This document shows positions 23,850 to 38,181 of a stretch of 64,000 bases of DNA, one piece after another. The position numbers and the translations under genes were made by a program. The DNA is from Marsupella aquatica. Taxonomy: Eukaryota; Plantae; Marchantiophyta. The stretch covers positions 13,519,934-13,583,933 of the forward strand of contig OZ316899.1 of the NCBI GenBank assembly GCA_973895155.1, written 5' to 3'. The notes under the pieces were generated by a model. It worked only from the letters and a program-made list of their open reading frames with translations. It searched no databases and was not told where the DNA came from. Every line of letters begins with the position of its first letter. The first letter of the stretch is position 1.

Positions 23850-26800
23850 CTAAGTGGTGGAGGGGATGTCATCAACTTCCACTACAACTACGTTGGGTCT
23901 ATCCTGGACTATGGATCATGATCGAGGGTGTGGGATGGCTCAGTGTCAGCTAGTGTAGAGAAACATGACATTCTTTCGTTTAGAAGAGGAAATAGTTAGG
24001 GAAAAAGTTTTAGTGCTATCAGAGTAGCTAGGTTTAGGGCACTTAAGTAAGAAGGGAAGCTTAGTAGAGGTAAGAGGGAATTTTAGTTATGCAAAGTTAT
24101 CTAGGGGTAAGCAAGTTACTATAGGAGGGGCAGGAAACTAGTTCCGTCCTTAGTTATAATAGGCGACTAAGTCGGGACCGAAAAATGACCCGACACCGGA
24201 CATCTTATTTTTGGCTGATATTTCTCCCATGGGTGCTGGGAGGTCCCTAGGGAACCCTGAAAAAGTATGAAGTCAAGTGGGGTCTTAACCTAGGAGTTAT
24301 AAGTATTTTGGCAAAAATCAAAGTTACCAAATAGCGGGTCCCGGGAAAAATAGCTGATGGGTAAATGTAGGGGTTCCAAGTTTGGAAGTGGGTTAAGTAT
24401 GGTCCCCTCTATCCCTAGAAACTTGTGGGACAACTTTGTCACACTTGGTTACTTTTTGGGAGCATCTCAAAGTTGAGAAGAATTTTGGAAGACATAAAGA
24501 CTTGACCCTCTTTGCCTAATTTTAGAAAAGTTGTTATAGGGTTTTGTTTATATCTTAGTAAACCCGGACATAGTCCTATGTCCATAGAATCAGTGGAGCT
24601 ACTCAGAAGTCCTTTTGGACTTATGTGTGAGTTTTGGAGGGGGGTCCAAAATCGCCCCAAAATGCTGTTTTTCCAAAAAAAAAATGTGTATTTTTTTCTA
24701 AGTGTAAACCGCGTGGGCGGCGATCACGCGGCGAGCACGAGGCAAGGAGGAGCAAGCACGAGGCTGGTGAGGACGTCAAGCACCGGGAGGCTGTCCAAAG
24801 GTGCTGCATGATTACTTGAGGAATCAATTGAGCACAAGGGCGGCTGAATTGAAGGAAGGGCGGCTGAATTGAAATGGCTGCTGCTGATTGAAGAAGCAAG
24901 GGCTGTTGCTGATTGAAGAAGCTATGGCTGCTGAGAAGGAAAAGAGCTATGGCTGCAAATTAGGATCGCTGCTGGCTTTGAATTGGGAAGGCTGCTTGCT
25001 GCTATGACAGCTGCACACTAGATTAGAGGTGCTCCTACTAATCAGGCACGAGATGCTCATGAGAATTGGCTGGCTGCTGCCTTGATGCTGCTGAATTGAA
25101 TGATGCTGCTGCTAGCTGCGAAATTGCAAAGGTGGGCAGCTACGAAATTGAGAAGAGAGACCTGCTTGACTGAGAAGGAATCAAGCTATGGTTGCTGCTG
25201 CTGTGCTTCAAATCTGCTGTTGTTGTGCTGTAAATGCGCTGATGTGACTGTGCTGCTAGCTGCGAAATTGACTGTGTTGCTAGCGGCAAAATTGAAGAGG
25301 TGGGCTAGCTGCGAAATTGACTAGGCTGGCTGTGAGCTATGGTGGCTGTGAAATTGAGGGGCTGGCGGCTGATCAGCTGGACTGCTGCACAAGAAAGAAT
25401 CCAATAGAGAATGCTATGGTTTTAGATTGAATTCACGAGAGAGAAATGGCTGCAAACATTGCTGTCCTTACAATTTCTTCATAAGAAACATGAGTATAAT
25501 GAGAGTGCTCTCCCCTCATGACACGTGGAATCCCCATAAGGGGCATGTAAGGTAAGTGTAATCGGGCCGCCGCTTACACCCGCTTTACACCAAAAACAGG
25601 CCTTGGGAGAATGGGCATAACTTTGGCTAGAGGTATCCGTTGGGGCCCAAATTTTTTTGTGCTGAGTTAGGGGAAGATAAGGCACCCCCTGGTGAAGGTG
25701 GAACCCCAGAAAAGTAATCACTCAAATATATTTTTAACCGAGGCCACGAGGGAGTCTCGACAACTTGCAAACCAAAGTCGGCATAGGGGAATGAATACCA
25801 GATTTAGGGGCTGACCTTTCTTGCACCCATACCACTTGAGTTAGGCTCTAGAGAAGGGTACTTACCTTTGGCCAAAGGTGTAAGGCCATCAAGTTAAGAA
25901 AAGTAAATATAGGGGGTAGTTTACTTAGGGTAGTAAAGGGGTTACAAGTAAAATAAGGCCAACTTTGACTAGGCACAACTTGAGACTCACTCACTCTTTT
26001 TGCGAGCTTTCAAGTGGGTTGGTAAGCTGGTGAGGAGGACCATAAGTGGGAGTAGGTTTGGAAGTCAAAGCATACCACTCATGTGTGGCATATTCCAGGG
26101 CTTGGAAGGAGGCAAAATAGCAAGTAGTAGGGTGGGCTATGAACTATAGAGTTGGACTTTGTGTGTTAGGAGGACTTGGGGGAGGTATAGTTGGACCCCA
26201 GGTCAAGCTTGGTGTGATGTGGAAGGAGATAGTATATAAGGAGGAAGTTTTCATTTGTTAGGGACCGGGAGTCTCATCTCTTAAGTGAAATCTCTACCTT
26301 GCCAAGGTAGGGCTAAGCTTGAGAAAGGAGAGGTGGTCCATGCTTAGTGTGGAGAATGTGTAGTGAACTTTTGTTGTAAAGGTGATGCAATAAAAGGAGA
26401 CTTACCAATCTTCATTGTGACCATTAAGTGTGAGTGCATTTGAAGTATATGAGAGCAAGAGAAGAGTCCATGCTATGGTATAATCTTGGTCTAAGCTTGA
26501 AGGGGATGTGCTAGTACAAAACCAAGGCCAAGGAGGCAAGGTTAAGGTATAGCATTACTTTGAGACTTAGAGAGGATTATAGCTTGAGGGTGGAAAGTAC
26601 TTTGCTTGGTGTGTGGTGTTAACAAGAAGTAAGAACAAGAGGAAGAGTCCTTAGATAGAGGAGCCTTCTCTAGGGCTCAAAGGGGATGTGTGGACCCAAA
26701 CCAAGGCCAGGGGGGCAAGGTTGAGGGGTAACACTACTTTGAGGGTCTTGAGGAGACTTAAGCTTGAAGAGGAAAGTACTTTGGGTTCTTGGGTGTTTGT

Positions 26801-29800
26801 GTGAGAATCTACTCTAAGGTGACAGCTTGGAGCGGAGATCCCCCTTGCTGATCCTTGGAGTAGAGGAGAGGGGAAGGGGTGAGTACAAAAGTAGTCAAGG
26901 GGACTACCTCTCTAGAAGTGGAGAGTTGAAACTACTTATGTATGGAGTGATTGGACATTGTAAGCACACTTCAGAAGTTTTGTCAATCCTTTGTGACCCT
27001 GGTATGACATGGAGCAGGTATTAGGTAGTCTTTTGGGGAGAAAAGCCGCTTAAGCTCCTTGGCAAGTGTTTGACAGAGGGATATATGGCATCACAATAGA
27101 CCAATTTGAGTCATCCGAATAAGGTAGGTAAAAACATTGCTCAAGGTGATGTGGGAATGCAAACGGATCTGAAGACCTCCAATTTGAGCTGATAACACTT
27201 GTCTTCAACCGAGTAAATCCGCATGCATCATCTTCACATGTACGATTGTGGCCCACAAGATTCATCTTGAACCATTTGCACTTCAATACCACTTCCTCCA
27301 AAGTAGTATGTGCATGGTACTTCACAGTTAGGATCTCCTCAATCTTTCCATGATGAGCGATAGTGGACCGAATGGAATTCCTGTCCGATGTGCTGCTCTG
27401 TGAATCCTGGGTGAACCAACCCATGACCCCTCAATCTTGTGTAGCTGCCCTCTTCTCATCAAGTCATTCCACACGAAAGTGTCTTCCCTTGGACCACATG
27501 GCAGTCCAAGTTGTGACTATAAGTAGTGGACCATGAACAAGGGTACGAAGCTTATCAGTCACCTCTAGATAATGCAATACACTGTCCCTTGTACCCACCA
27601 AGGCATCCACTTCTAACAACTTTGACTTCATGTATGGGTGAAACTTAGGAAATATCCGTGGTCGTCGACTATTTTGCTTCTCCTCCTCATAAAACAATGT
27701 CCACTCCCCTACAACCTCTGGTGAGTTGTACAACATAAATGTTGTGAGTTGCAAACGCTCCGCTGAGCTTAAGAGACGCTCTTTTGATGCCCCAGTGAGT
27801 CTATCATCCTTGTAGTCCGCCTCTCGTGCCGCCTCATCTATCCATCCCCTAGGAGCATTTGGATCTAGTGTGGCAACTATGTTTGTACAATAAAACATAC
27901 TCTCTGCTCCAAGATGACGCTGTGCAATGCTACCTTCCACCCTAGCGCGATTAGAGACATACGATTTCATCACTCTCATATAACGCTCTACCCAATACAT
28001 CCATCGACAATGCACTGGGCCTGCAATTGCAACCTCACGCACTAAATGTATGAGAAAATGAACCTGACCATCAAAAAATGAGGGAGGGAGTACCTTCTCC
28101 AACTTGCACACAACCTCTACTCCAAATGTCTCCATTGCAGCAGTTTCATCCTCCTGTACCTCCTTCTGACATACCCATCGCAAAAGCTTTCCCAATGACC
28201 AAAGGGCATAACGAAGTTCCTCACTACCCAATCCAATAATCACAACTGGAATGACATGTTCCAGTAACCGATGATAATCATGTGTTTTCAAGTAAGATGG
28301 CCATTTTGGAGAATCATCCCCCCCAAATGCTTTTTGGAGATTTGCGCCATAACCTGTGGGAAACCTCATTGACCCAATACGTCTGCGAAACTCAGTGCAC
28401 TCTGCCCTACTCAAAACCCAAGGATTATGGATGTTGGGGGGGTCACCAGGGGGATCCAAAGATGGCCAAAAACCAAGAAGACCATGCATCCCCATCTCCT
28501 CACAACTTTCTCTCCAATTGTGGTTCTTTTCCCCATATAGATGACAAATCAATGATCTGCCCACATTCCCCTCAATGTGCATCGGATCTAACAAGTGATT
28601 AATGGGCAACTCTGACCAATATGGCAATTGTGACAATGCAGACAAACGGGTCATGCCACATCGGAGAATTTGTAATGGATCATCTGGGTCTTGAACTCTT
28701 TCCCATACCTCTCTCCAATATGTTGGACCCTTTCGCTGAGGTTGAGGACGAGTATCGGGTTGGTCATCTTCAGTATCATACAATAAATGATCACTCCTCC
28801 AAGGATGGTCTTCTGGAAGATATTTGGTATGGCCAATGTAAACTATCTTACGCAAAGTACTTGACTTGCGTCTTGCCACACCCTCCAAATCTGGTCCGCA
28901 CGAAGGGCAAGCTCTATAGCCTGATGTTTGCAATCTAGAGATATATCCAAACCCTGCGCTTGATCAATACACAACCAGCCAATGAAAGTAAGTTAAATGA
29001 TACAAATTATAACCAAAAAAATTTAATTAATAAGCATGGTGTAAATAGATAGCAATGGAAATAAGGGTTTAATACCCTACCTGGAAAATCATGCATGGTC
29101 CACATAAGAATGGCCTTCATGGTAAATGTGCGGGATAAACCTCCAGTTTTGTCACGTCCGTCATAACAATCCACCCCTCTCCAAAATTTCAAAAGCTCAT
29201 CAATCAAGGGTGGCAAGTAAATGTCAATCTTTTTTACTTGCTTAGGACCAGGGATGATCATTGAGAGTAGTAGATGACCTTTCTTCATGGCCATCCATGG
29301 AGGGATATTGTAATTTGTGAGAACTACAGGCCATACTAAATATGGCTTAGCTTTACCTGCTAATGCAAAAGGACTGATACCATCTGCTGCCAAGCCAAGT
29401 CGAACATGTCGCGGGTCAGTTTTGAACTCACCCCATCTGCCCTCTACAAATCGATTGGCAAGAGAGTCTACCATCATCCGCATGGTACTAGAGTCTGTAC
29501 CCATATCCAAACGATGTTGTGAGTGCCAGACCATATACTCAGCCAACTCTGCACAACGATATTGATGGCGCAATTGAGGGATGAGAGGAAAGTACCGCAT
29601 AACCTTTTAAGGCACCTTCCCCGTCAACATGTCATCACAAAACCGCGGCTTCTCACACATAGGACATATAATTGCATTTTCATGCTCACCCCTGAAAAGA
29701 ATGCAATCATTCACACATGCATGTATCACTTCATATTTTAGGCCAATGGACTTCAACACCTGTTTAGCCTCCTTCCAAGAGCTTGGCATGTTGTTGCCTG

Positions 29801-30250
29801 GTGGTAAAATACAATCATGTAGGGTACGAAAAACATCATCCAAAAGTAGGTTGCTTGCCCCATGTCTTTGTTGCACATTCAACAACAACATTATTGCTGA
29901 GAGCTGAGATAGCCTACTCCCCTCAAATATGCGAGTACGAGCATGACGTTGAGCCTCTTCCCATTCCTTCTCCTGCCCCCCCTAGAGACATGTGTTGTTG
30001 TCATCCTGGCTACCCATGTCCTCCATACCAATGTCCGCATCATCGTCATAGAACTGATCCATGAGCTCATCCATGGCCCTCTCCTTGTCAACATGATCTT
30101 CGGTTGGATTGCCCCCCCTCACGCTGTACCTCAGTCTCCTCCCCACGATTGGCCACCATGGCCTCAACAAGGTGTTGCCACATAGCTCGTGATATTACCC
30201 CAATATCAAGCACTACATATTGGTTCTATCATACAACATGCATCCATGTA
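23850..30250 (-). pseudogene. CACTA TnpD/Tnp2-like transposase, with an intron at 28954-29080 and the last exon split by solo LTR D; start approximate
   Basis: Motifs IHACVNDCILF, MRYFPLIPQL, RLGLAADG, WTMHDFPG|FGYIS, LDPMHIEGNV, LKTHDYH, FFD..VH, GPV..RWMY..ERYM and KCKWF. The C-terminus YIP|RS.SIVQDRPNVVVVEVDDIPSTT* resumes left of 23929. Confidence 0.9.
23929..27075 (+). mobile_element. Solo LTR family D, 3147 bp, TSD GAGGG, no long ORF
   Basis: Termini TGTGGGA...TTTGACA. GAGGG at 23924-23928 and 27076-27080. Its removal restores the TnpD frame. Strand inferred from TATATAAG near 26234. Confidence 0.82.
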
Positions 30251-30427
30251 ATGTCATCAACATCAATCTTGCCAACAATCTCATTAATCCAACATTAGAA
30301 ATGGAAAATAAATTTCAGATATATATATATATGTAAGCCCAAGAAACTAAGTTGGACGAGAACGTAGAGACAATTTTGGTGCATCCCAGTCATAATCACA
30401 CAATAACTCCTCTCCCGCTCTAATGGT

Positions 30428-33400
30428 TGTGGTGCGTCCCATGACTCCCTAAACCCCAGAAACCCCCTTCACAAGCCGATTCCCGTAGGTTTCGCACTTG
30501 GCGAGGCCGTTTTCGCGGCTTAGTGGCATGGGACGCTGCTAACCTCCCTCTACTACTACTATTAACATTTTACACACATATACTGGACAGATCCTTCATC
30601 GGGTCATGAGATACGTAGCCGGCCTAATCTAGGCCTTCCCTTGTCTTCCCCTCCTTCTTGTTAGGTATATTTGGATTCCGCCGCCGGAATGATCCCCAAT
30701 AGGCTTGGTTAAGCCGCTAAGACCTCTCTCAGCTCGACACATCCAACTCTCACTCCCTTGCTTACTTTCCTTCATCTATTAGTTGATGTGGGCACTCTTC
30801 ACACAAGTTAATGCGACACACAAATAGCAAAATGACTCCTTCTGACTGAGTCATACCATGCACTTGCCATACAAACAGTACATCTCATACACAAGCTCTG
30901 CGAACTAAGCCGTGAGGCCAACTCTATTCAGCTCTTAGGCATGAGGAAACATGAATATACACAAGGGTCATTGTATGACTAACCGAGAGCTTCTCTTACT
31001 ACTTGATCCCAGCCTGGCTGGTGCAACTAAAAACTTGCTAAAGAAGAGGCCCTGAGCTCCCCGCTGCCCAGGTACTTATCCTGGTAGTGGATCCGCCTAA
31101 TTCTTTGCAGCGTAAGCCTAATCTACCTAACTGAATCTACCTATGTACAGCAAGGCAGGAGTACAAGTGTTGCTCTTACCAGTGGAACCGCAATCCCACT
31201 AAGCTAAGTGTCAGGGCCGCCTCCTGGTCCTGATCCTAATCCTAAACTTAGAGATCTGAGCCCGCCCTGCCCACTCACGCCTCCTCCCTCCACGTCCCCC
31301 CTCCTTGAAAGGAGCGGCCCTCCACCACCGTCATGGCAGCAGTGTCTGTCCCTCAGTGGACGCCCCCAATGCTTCCTCCTCAGCCACTGCCGTAGGTTCG
31401 TTCTCTGACAGATTACCTGTCCTTGACTGAGTCAACTCTCCATTGGCCTGACTGGGTCCACCCCCGGCATCGGCTATGGTATCGGCTTCAACATCAGCCT
31501 CGGCTACGGCCTCAGCCTTGGCTACGGCCTCCCCTGCACACTTAAGTGGCAGATTGGGTACCTCGACTTTACCGAGTATCCTGGCCTTGGCTTTGTCATC
31601 CCCTTCTAGGGTAGTTGGATCCTCTGCCGTAATCCTGCCTGAGGTCGGTGCTGGGTTTACCTCCATGGTCACCACGGCCTGTGGAGTTGTATTACTCCTT
31701 GACCCTGAAGGTTTCCGTTTCTTCTTCTTTTCTGGTTCGGCAGCTGGCCCCTTCCCCTTCTCACTTACTTCCGGCACTGGTGCAAATGGCGCGGTTTGTC
31801 CTTCGGCCAGTACCACTCCTGGTAACTTAGTGGCCTCAATTTGAGTTGGCCTTGATGAAGCCAAGCACTTAAATATTGCGGCTTGTTTCTTCAGCTGCTC
31901 CGTTTGGTTGTCGACTCATCGTTGTAAGTTCTCTAGCTTCCGCGTGCTTTCCTCCAACTCCTCCTGCACTTCGTCCAGGTCCTTGCGCCTCCTCCAGCTC
32001 CTTCTGGGCTTCCTCCAATTCCTTTTTAAACGCAGCTCTCTCCTCCTGGGTCGCTCTTAACTCCTTGTCGAGCTCTGCAATGATGACAGACTCCATCTGG
32101 TTCATCTTGGCGTAAGTCTGATCGAGCATATTGTCCTTCTCACGCAGGTCGGCTTTGAAGCTGGCCGCCAGGGACGCAAGCTCCTACTGCAGCGCAATAA
32201 TCCCTTGATAGGATTTCCCTAACTCGGCCTCCTTCTTCTCAAGGGCTTCGCGGATAACCTCGAGCTCCCCCTTCAATGCCCTTTGCCTTCTCTGGGTCTC
32301 CGCCATGGCCCGGTTGTTGGCCGTTATGTGGGCCTCCTCTGCATCCCTAAGCTCTCGCTTCCACTTCTCCCGCTCCTTGATCGCATCGGCCAACTCTCAT
32401 TGGGTTTGAGTCAGTTTATTCTCGATAATCCGATTATCAGACTGTGCGGTATCCAATTGGCCCTGCATGATATTTAGCTCATGCCGCTTAATCCGCAGCT
32501 CATCTTGGGCTTTCTTGGCCGCCCCCAGGTCTTTGATTTCGGCTTCTCTTGCCCTAAGCCGACGGATGACCTCGTCCTTCTTGCTTCTTTCCAAAGCCAC
32601 CGCTTCTTCTAATTGGCGCTTCTCCAACATCTCCCTCTGGAAAAAGGGTCCTTGCTCCAACTCCTCCCCAAAGATGCTGAGCGCCAGCTCTCCACACATT
32701 TCCCCGTACTCCATGGCTCTATCCTTAGCATAGGTGGAGTAACTAGAAGTCATCGGCATCAACCACCGTGGCCTCTGCTCCCAAGCCGTCTTGCGGATTT
32801 CTTCTACGGTGGCAAGAGGGTTGCTTTGTTTTTCTGCCAGCCGCCTGATGTCCTCTGGCCATTCTCCTCCTGGTAAATCCTTTTCCCTAGCCAGGGCTGC
32901 CTCCTCTTCCTCCCTGATTCGCTCCTGAAATTCCTGCGCCGTCTGTTTTATGCCATCAAAGCTCGGGGGAGCGACATCTGGTGGGGGAGACTCGGGGTTG
33001 CTCTGCTGGCTTGGGTCTCCTCGAACTACTCTTGGGAGCATGGGGATGAACCGGCCACAGGTCCTTACTCCTGGAACATGATGATCCGACCCGTAGCCGG
33101 AGTCATCATTGCTGTAGTCCTCTACCGCCTCCTGCTCGGCTTGGACTACCGGCTTCTCCCGCTGTTCTCCTGGTTTTGTTGTGAACACGGCTTCACCTCT
33201 CACCGGTCTTGGTTCCTCCTCCGGCTTCCGTGTTGATCTCTTGTTCTCCTTGTCGTGGCTGGGAGCTACGGCCTGCTTTTCCTCGGCTTTGGGACTTGAG
33301 GCTCCTACATACATCCGGACTCCCGGCTCATGTTCCGGCCTCCCTCTCTCCTTGACTCCAGTAAAGGGGTTTTCCCTTGTAAGCCGGCTTAGGTCGGCTT

Positions 33401-35116
33401 CTGGGGCAGCGGCCTGTATCGGTGCCGGTTCTATTGCCGTTGCCGGAACCGTTCTCCTTTCCTTCTCCAGCAATTTCAGCAGATTCTTCATGCTTGGTTG
33501 CTGCATCGGCAAGTCTTCTTTCCTTGGTCTAAACACCTGCTCGATCGTCGGACTGTCGGGCTGGTTGGGCTTCTCTGGTGCCGGCCTCTGCTCCGGGACC
33601 TCCTCCGGTGCTCTTGTTGATAGGGGAAGTACTGGGGCAAAGATTTGACTTCTGGCATACCGGCACAACAGCGGCATGTGATAGCCAAGCCGGGACACGC
33701 TTCCCACGCCGATCACCTGCTGTTCCTCCTTCAAGATCTCCTTCAGTTGGTTGAGGAGGTACCCGTTGTAATCCCGGCTTGGGTCTGGCCTTTATGCCAG
33801 GTAGACCTGAGCGTTGCCGATCTCTGCCCTCGGCAAGTTACAGTGCATGGTCACCCACAAGAAATCGATCATCTCTCCGATGTGCGGGTTGGTGCAGGTG
33901 TTCCGGAAGAAGCCATTCTTTGTTGATGGTCCTGGGAACGACCGAAACTCCTTGTCAGGTAAGGTCTTCCTGGTATCAACCTTGGTCTTATTACCCATCG
34001 GCAAGCCAAACACTTCAGCAATCACCCGGGGAGTGAGATAGAAATCCTTCCCATACACCCTCGTGGAATTGGTCTCGGGTTCCCATGATCCCACGAATTC
34101 TAACAAGTCTGAGTCCGGCACCTCCAGCTTCAGCCATGGTAATCTTACGAAGGCTTCCAAGCCGGATCCGGCCATGAAGCCTTGGTACTTCTTGGTCTGC
34201 ATGGCTGTAAAGCATGCATCCTCCTCCCGTGCAAAGTGTAATTGCACTTCCTCCGGTAGGGTCGTCGCCCAGCCTTTCTAGGTGTCATCGTTTGTTGGAA
34301 TGGCATTGATGGGGTCGACCTCCTCCTCCTCGGCTTCTCTTTGCCTCCTGCTCTGTTGTTCTGCTGGCTTCTTTGGTGCCCCTGACCGCGTTCTTTTTGC
34401 CAGGGTGGCCTCTTCGTTGTTGTTCCCGTTCCTCTTCATCTTGGCTGTCGTGGATGTCTCTCCTAGCACGATTGCCTTTGTCCACCCCTCCGTGCTACCC
34501 TTCAACTCCCAGTGTATGTCGTTGCAGCGTTTGATGGCTTCTCGGATGCCGACCACTCTATCTTCGCAAAACAGCAGGTCGTCTAGCTCGTTGCCAGTAG
34601 GCGTCCACAGGAATTCAGCCTTGATGAGTTCTCCTCCTAAGAAGGCAGCTTTTTGCAGCTCCCACAATCGGGCGAGCTCCAGCCGTTCTAGAGCTACTCT
34701 CTCCGATTCTGCGTCCTCGTAAGTCCCAATGTACTCAGTTGCCCGTTCGAACAGGCATCCCCAAAAATGTGCCGCTTGATTGACGTTGCTCATACCCTTC
34801 TCGAGTTGATAGTTGGTATCTATTCCCACGCTGAGCGCTTGCCTAAACAGTTGACAATAGTTGGCCGCCCGTAGTTGCCTGCTCAGTTCGTGCTTGCAAA
34901 TGAGCTACTATTCCTCGCGAGCGGTCCTTACCCCTCTCCTCCTCTGGTTCTCCCTCCCGTTGGTTACCCCTAGCCGCCGGCACTTAGCGTGCCCTAACCC
35001 TAATCGTGTTCTCTCCCCTGGTGTCCTTACTTCCGGCCTCGGCTCGGGTTCCATAGTCACCCTTAATTGTTTATATTTTCCTTATTTATGTAACTATACT
35101 AAGGTGTTTCTAGGGT
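30428..35116 (-). mobile_element. Family B LTR, inverted and more diverged copy, lacking about the first 55 bp
   Basis: Reverse complement of 39346-44299. Starts TGTGGTGCGTCCC at 30428 and is cut by LINE sequence at about 35116. Confidence 0.9.
31331..34793 (-). pseudogene. LTR-encoded ORF of family B (several stops and a frameshift)
   Basis: Fragments 34278-34829, 33792-34247, 32397-33734, 32184-32393, 31869-32129 and 31331-31864 align end to end with the 39668-43041 copy. Confidence 0.87.
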
Positions 35117-38100
35117 ACACTTCCCTTTTTCGGGAGGACAGGCAGACGGAGTTGCACTTCCCAGAAAAGAAAAGAGCTTTGGACCTCATCACAATGAAGG
35201 TTACCAAAGCTGAAAATGCATCTATGGGACGGGCTCTGACTGAAGCAGAAGTCAACAAAGTGGTCGCAGGGATGCCAAAGGAAAAATCCCTCGGCATTGA
35301 CGGGGTAACCATCGAGGTGCTTCTTAAGTGCTGGTCCTACATGGGTCCCTCCTGCCATAACATGATCCAAGCCTTCTGGGCGGATGGACAGATGACAGTG
35401 AAAGCGTTGGCGGGAGTGATCAAACTCATCCCCAAAAACCAAGAGACGATGGAACTACTCAACTGGCGACCCCTCACAATGTTAACCTTGACTGAGAAGA
35501 TCGTTGCTAAGATCTTAGCAAACAGAATCAAGCAGGTTGCAGGTAGAATTGTGGACCCACAGCAAACTGGATTCCTACAAGGAAGAGACATCATGGACAA
35601 TCTTCTGACTTTCAAAATAGCTCAGGAGCTGGCACCTCTCCGTCAGAGACAATTAATCTTCCTGAAGCTTGATTTCATGAAAGCTTACGACAGGGTATCA
35701 CATGAATTCATCTGGGATGTGATGCAAGCAATGGGATTCGACGACAAGATCATAATGCTGGTCAGGGGTCTAGTGATGCGGGCCAAATCCAAAGTACACA
35801 TTAACGGGAGATTCACTGAGCCCATCACATTAGGACGAGGAGTTAGACAGGGCTGCCCCCTATCTAGTATCCTCTTCTCTCTTACGACCCAACCACTTAT
35901 GGCCATGATCAACAAGAAGATGGAGCAGGGAGCCATTCAAGGGATGCAACTGGTGAATGGATGACACTTGTGCCATCAACTGTTCGCTGATGACACGGGA
36001 CTATTCTTGGAGGCCACAGAGGAGGAATTTAGAGAAGCCAGAGCGGTCATTCAACAATTTGAAGACATCTCAGGTGCAAAACTGAACGTTGCCAAATCCC
36101 CAATTATACCGATCTTTCTCAACAACCAATATCCCCTTTGGTTGCAGAACACGGGATGCAAAATTGCCAAGGCTGGAGAAATTTGTGAATATCTGGGGTG
36201 CCCAATCGGATACAGAGTGCGACCATCACATGAAGCGGAATACTTGCTAAACAAACTCCGGAAGCGCCTCAACACCTGGACTAATCGAAGCCTGACCTGG
36301 GCAGGCAGGACCATTCTACTTAAGCATGTCTTAAAGGCGATCCCGACTTATCATCTGATGGCCCTTGCCTTGTATAAAACCGGGTATCAGGAGATGGAGA
36401 AACTATGTAGAAGATTCCTATGGGGCAGAAATCATACGGGTGGACAGAAGAAGCCGTTGATTGCATGGGATGACATCACAAACACCAAGGAGAACGGAGG
36501 ACTAGGATTTCAGACCTTCGAAAAGCAAGCTGAGGCACTGAAAATGAGGCACATCACCAAGTTGATTACAGGAGCTGACAAGGAGTGGATTACCATGGCT
36601 CAGGAAATTATACTGGGAAGCGCAAGGAACGGACCACACAAGAAAGTAAGGAGGCACTGGACCTGCTTGGAGGTCCTCCTACTTTGGCCTGGGATTACTA
36701 TAACAGGATCTCACACTGTCAAGAATTTACTTAGAGGATGGAACTCACAGTGCTCAAGACTCCAGTTTGAATTCAGACATACCGTCCTACCCCAACAAAT
36801 GTCAATTGACCAGATTGTAAGCTTATACTTACGCGACAAACACATTCCGGAACCACAGCAGATTGACCTGCGGAGGTTCCTTGCTAACAGAAGGATCAAG
36901 CAACTCATTGATTTACTTACGAGCAATGGCAATTGGATGGAACTACAAGAGCTCACTAACCAGATTCGTAGCACCAGGAGGGTAGGAGAGAAGGAATTTG
37001 ACAACTTCTATGGGGAGCTTCGATTGAATGACATGAGCATTGACATCGAGTTACACCAATGCACCGGATGGAAGTGGGCTTGGCCACAACGCAACAGGAG
37101 CTGGTCCTTCCCCACCAAAACCTGGTCCATGCAGACACAAGAGACAAGGTACGACATCACTAAGCTCAACAGAAGATGGGGCACGGCTGACACTCCAGCC
37201 CAATGGAGAGCGAGATGGACACGACTGTGGAGCGGATGGGCACTAGCAAGAATCCGCATTTTTATCTGGAGACTCATCAATCACGGATACTTCACCAACG
37301 GGCAAGCGAGCCACTGGGGAGTATGCTCTGGTATGTGTGAACGCTGTCATAGTAGCCTTGAGAACACATAACACCTTTTCCATAGCTGCTGTAAAGTTCA
37401 GAATCGTTGGCAGGAAATTAAATCACTGCTTAGACACACTACTACAGTGAACCAGATTAAGGACACTCTTTTTGAAACAATTAAGGTGGCTATCGTGATG
37501 CACAAACGCAATCCAGGACCATTGGTGATCCTCACCGAACTATGCAATGTTAATTGGAAGGAGAGGAACGCTCAGGTCTACTCTCAGTTCCTGGGACGGC
37601 TCCCTAGTTGGGTTATTTTGCACAACGCTAACAGTCAAATCAACGCTATGAGGGCCGCCAGCACATCCACCCGTAAAACACGTCAACTACAGCGGATTTC
37701 AGATGAACTCAACTTTGTGCTCAGACCGTGGGCTAATGCGGAAGTCCCCAGCCCTATGACCCCCAACATTTTGAATGATTGACAAACTTCAGGAGTTATG
37801 CTACAACAGAAACTGGTACAGTTATACCATCGGCAAAGGCAATGACTACCAAGGGGGTTTAGATGCCAAGAGCGTAGGTAATAGCAACACTAAACACAGT
37901 AGTAAATATGATCCCATTCTCATGCATTACAAACACCAGTCGCACTGCAACAGACAATATAGTAACCACACCCAGAGTGACAGGAAATACAACATCAGTA
38001 ACTGCTACCAATTAGACAAGCTGAAGCTTAGACGGACTAGTATCGAGAAACAGTGTAGTTTAGTCAGTACCATGATTGATTGGCTCCATTGGGAGTATTG

Positions 38101-38181
38101 GCCCGAGTGATCTTCGGGGGCTTGTGTCGGTTTTGTCGGGTGGCGTTTGTCCCTGGCTGTGCTATAAAGCCTTTAAAAAAA
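35117..38181 (+). mobile_element. 5'-truncated L1-clade LINE: ORF2 remnant (RT, zf-RVT) to 37782, 3' UTR and short A tail
   Basis: Motifs KSLGIDG, NWRPLTML, QTGF, KLDFMKAYDRV, GVRQGCPLS, LFADD, YLGCP, FIWRL and CERC. In-frame stops at 35962 and 37369. A7 tract at 38175-38181. Confidence 0.9.

Noticed and set aside
34861-35116. Signal-peptide-like N-terminus on the LINE RT ORF
   Set aside because: It is the antisense translation of the inverted family B LTR running by chance into the LINE frame.
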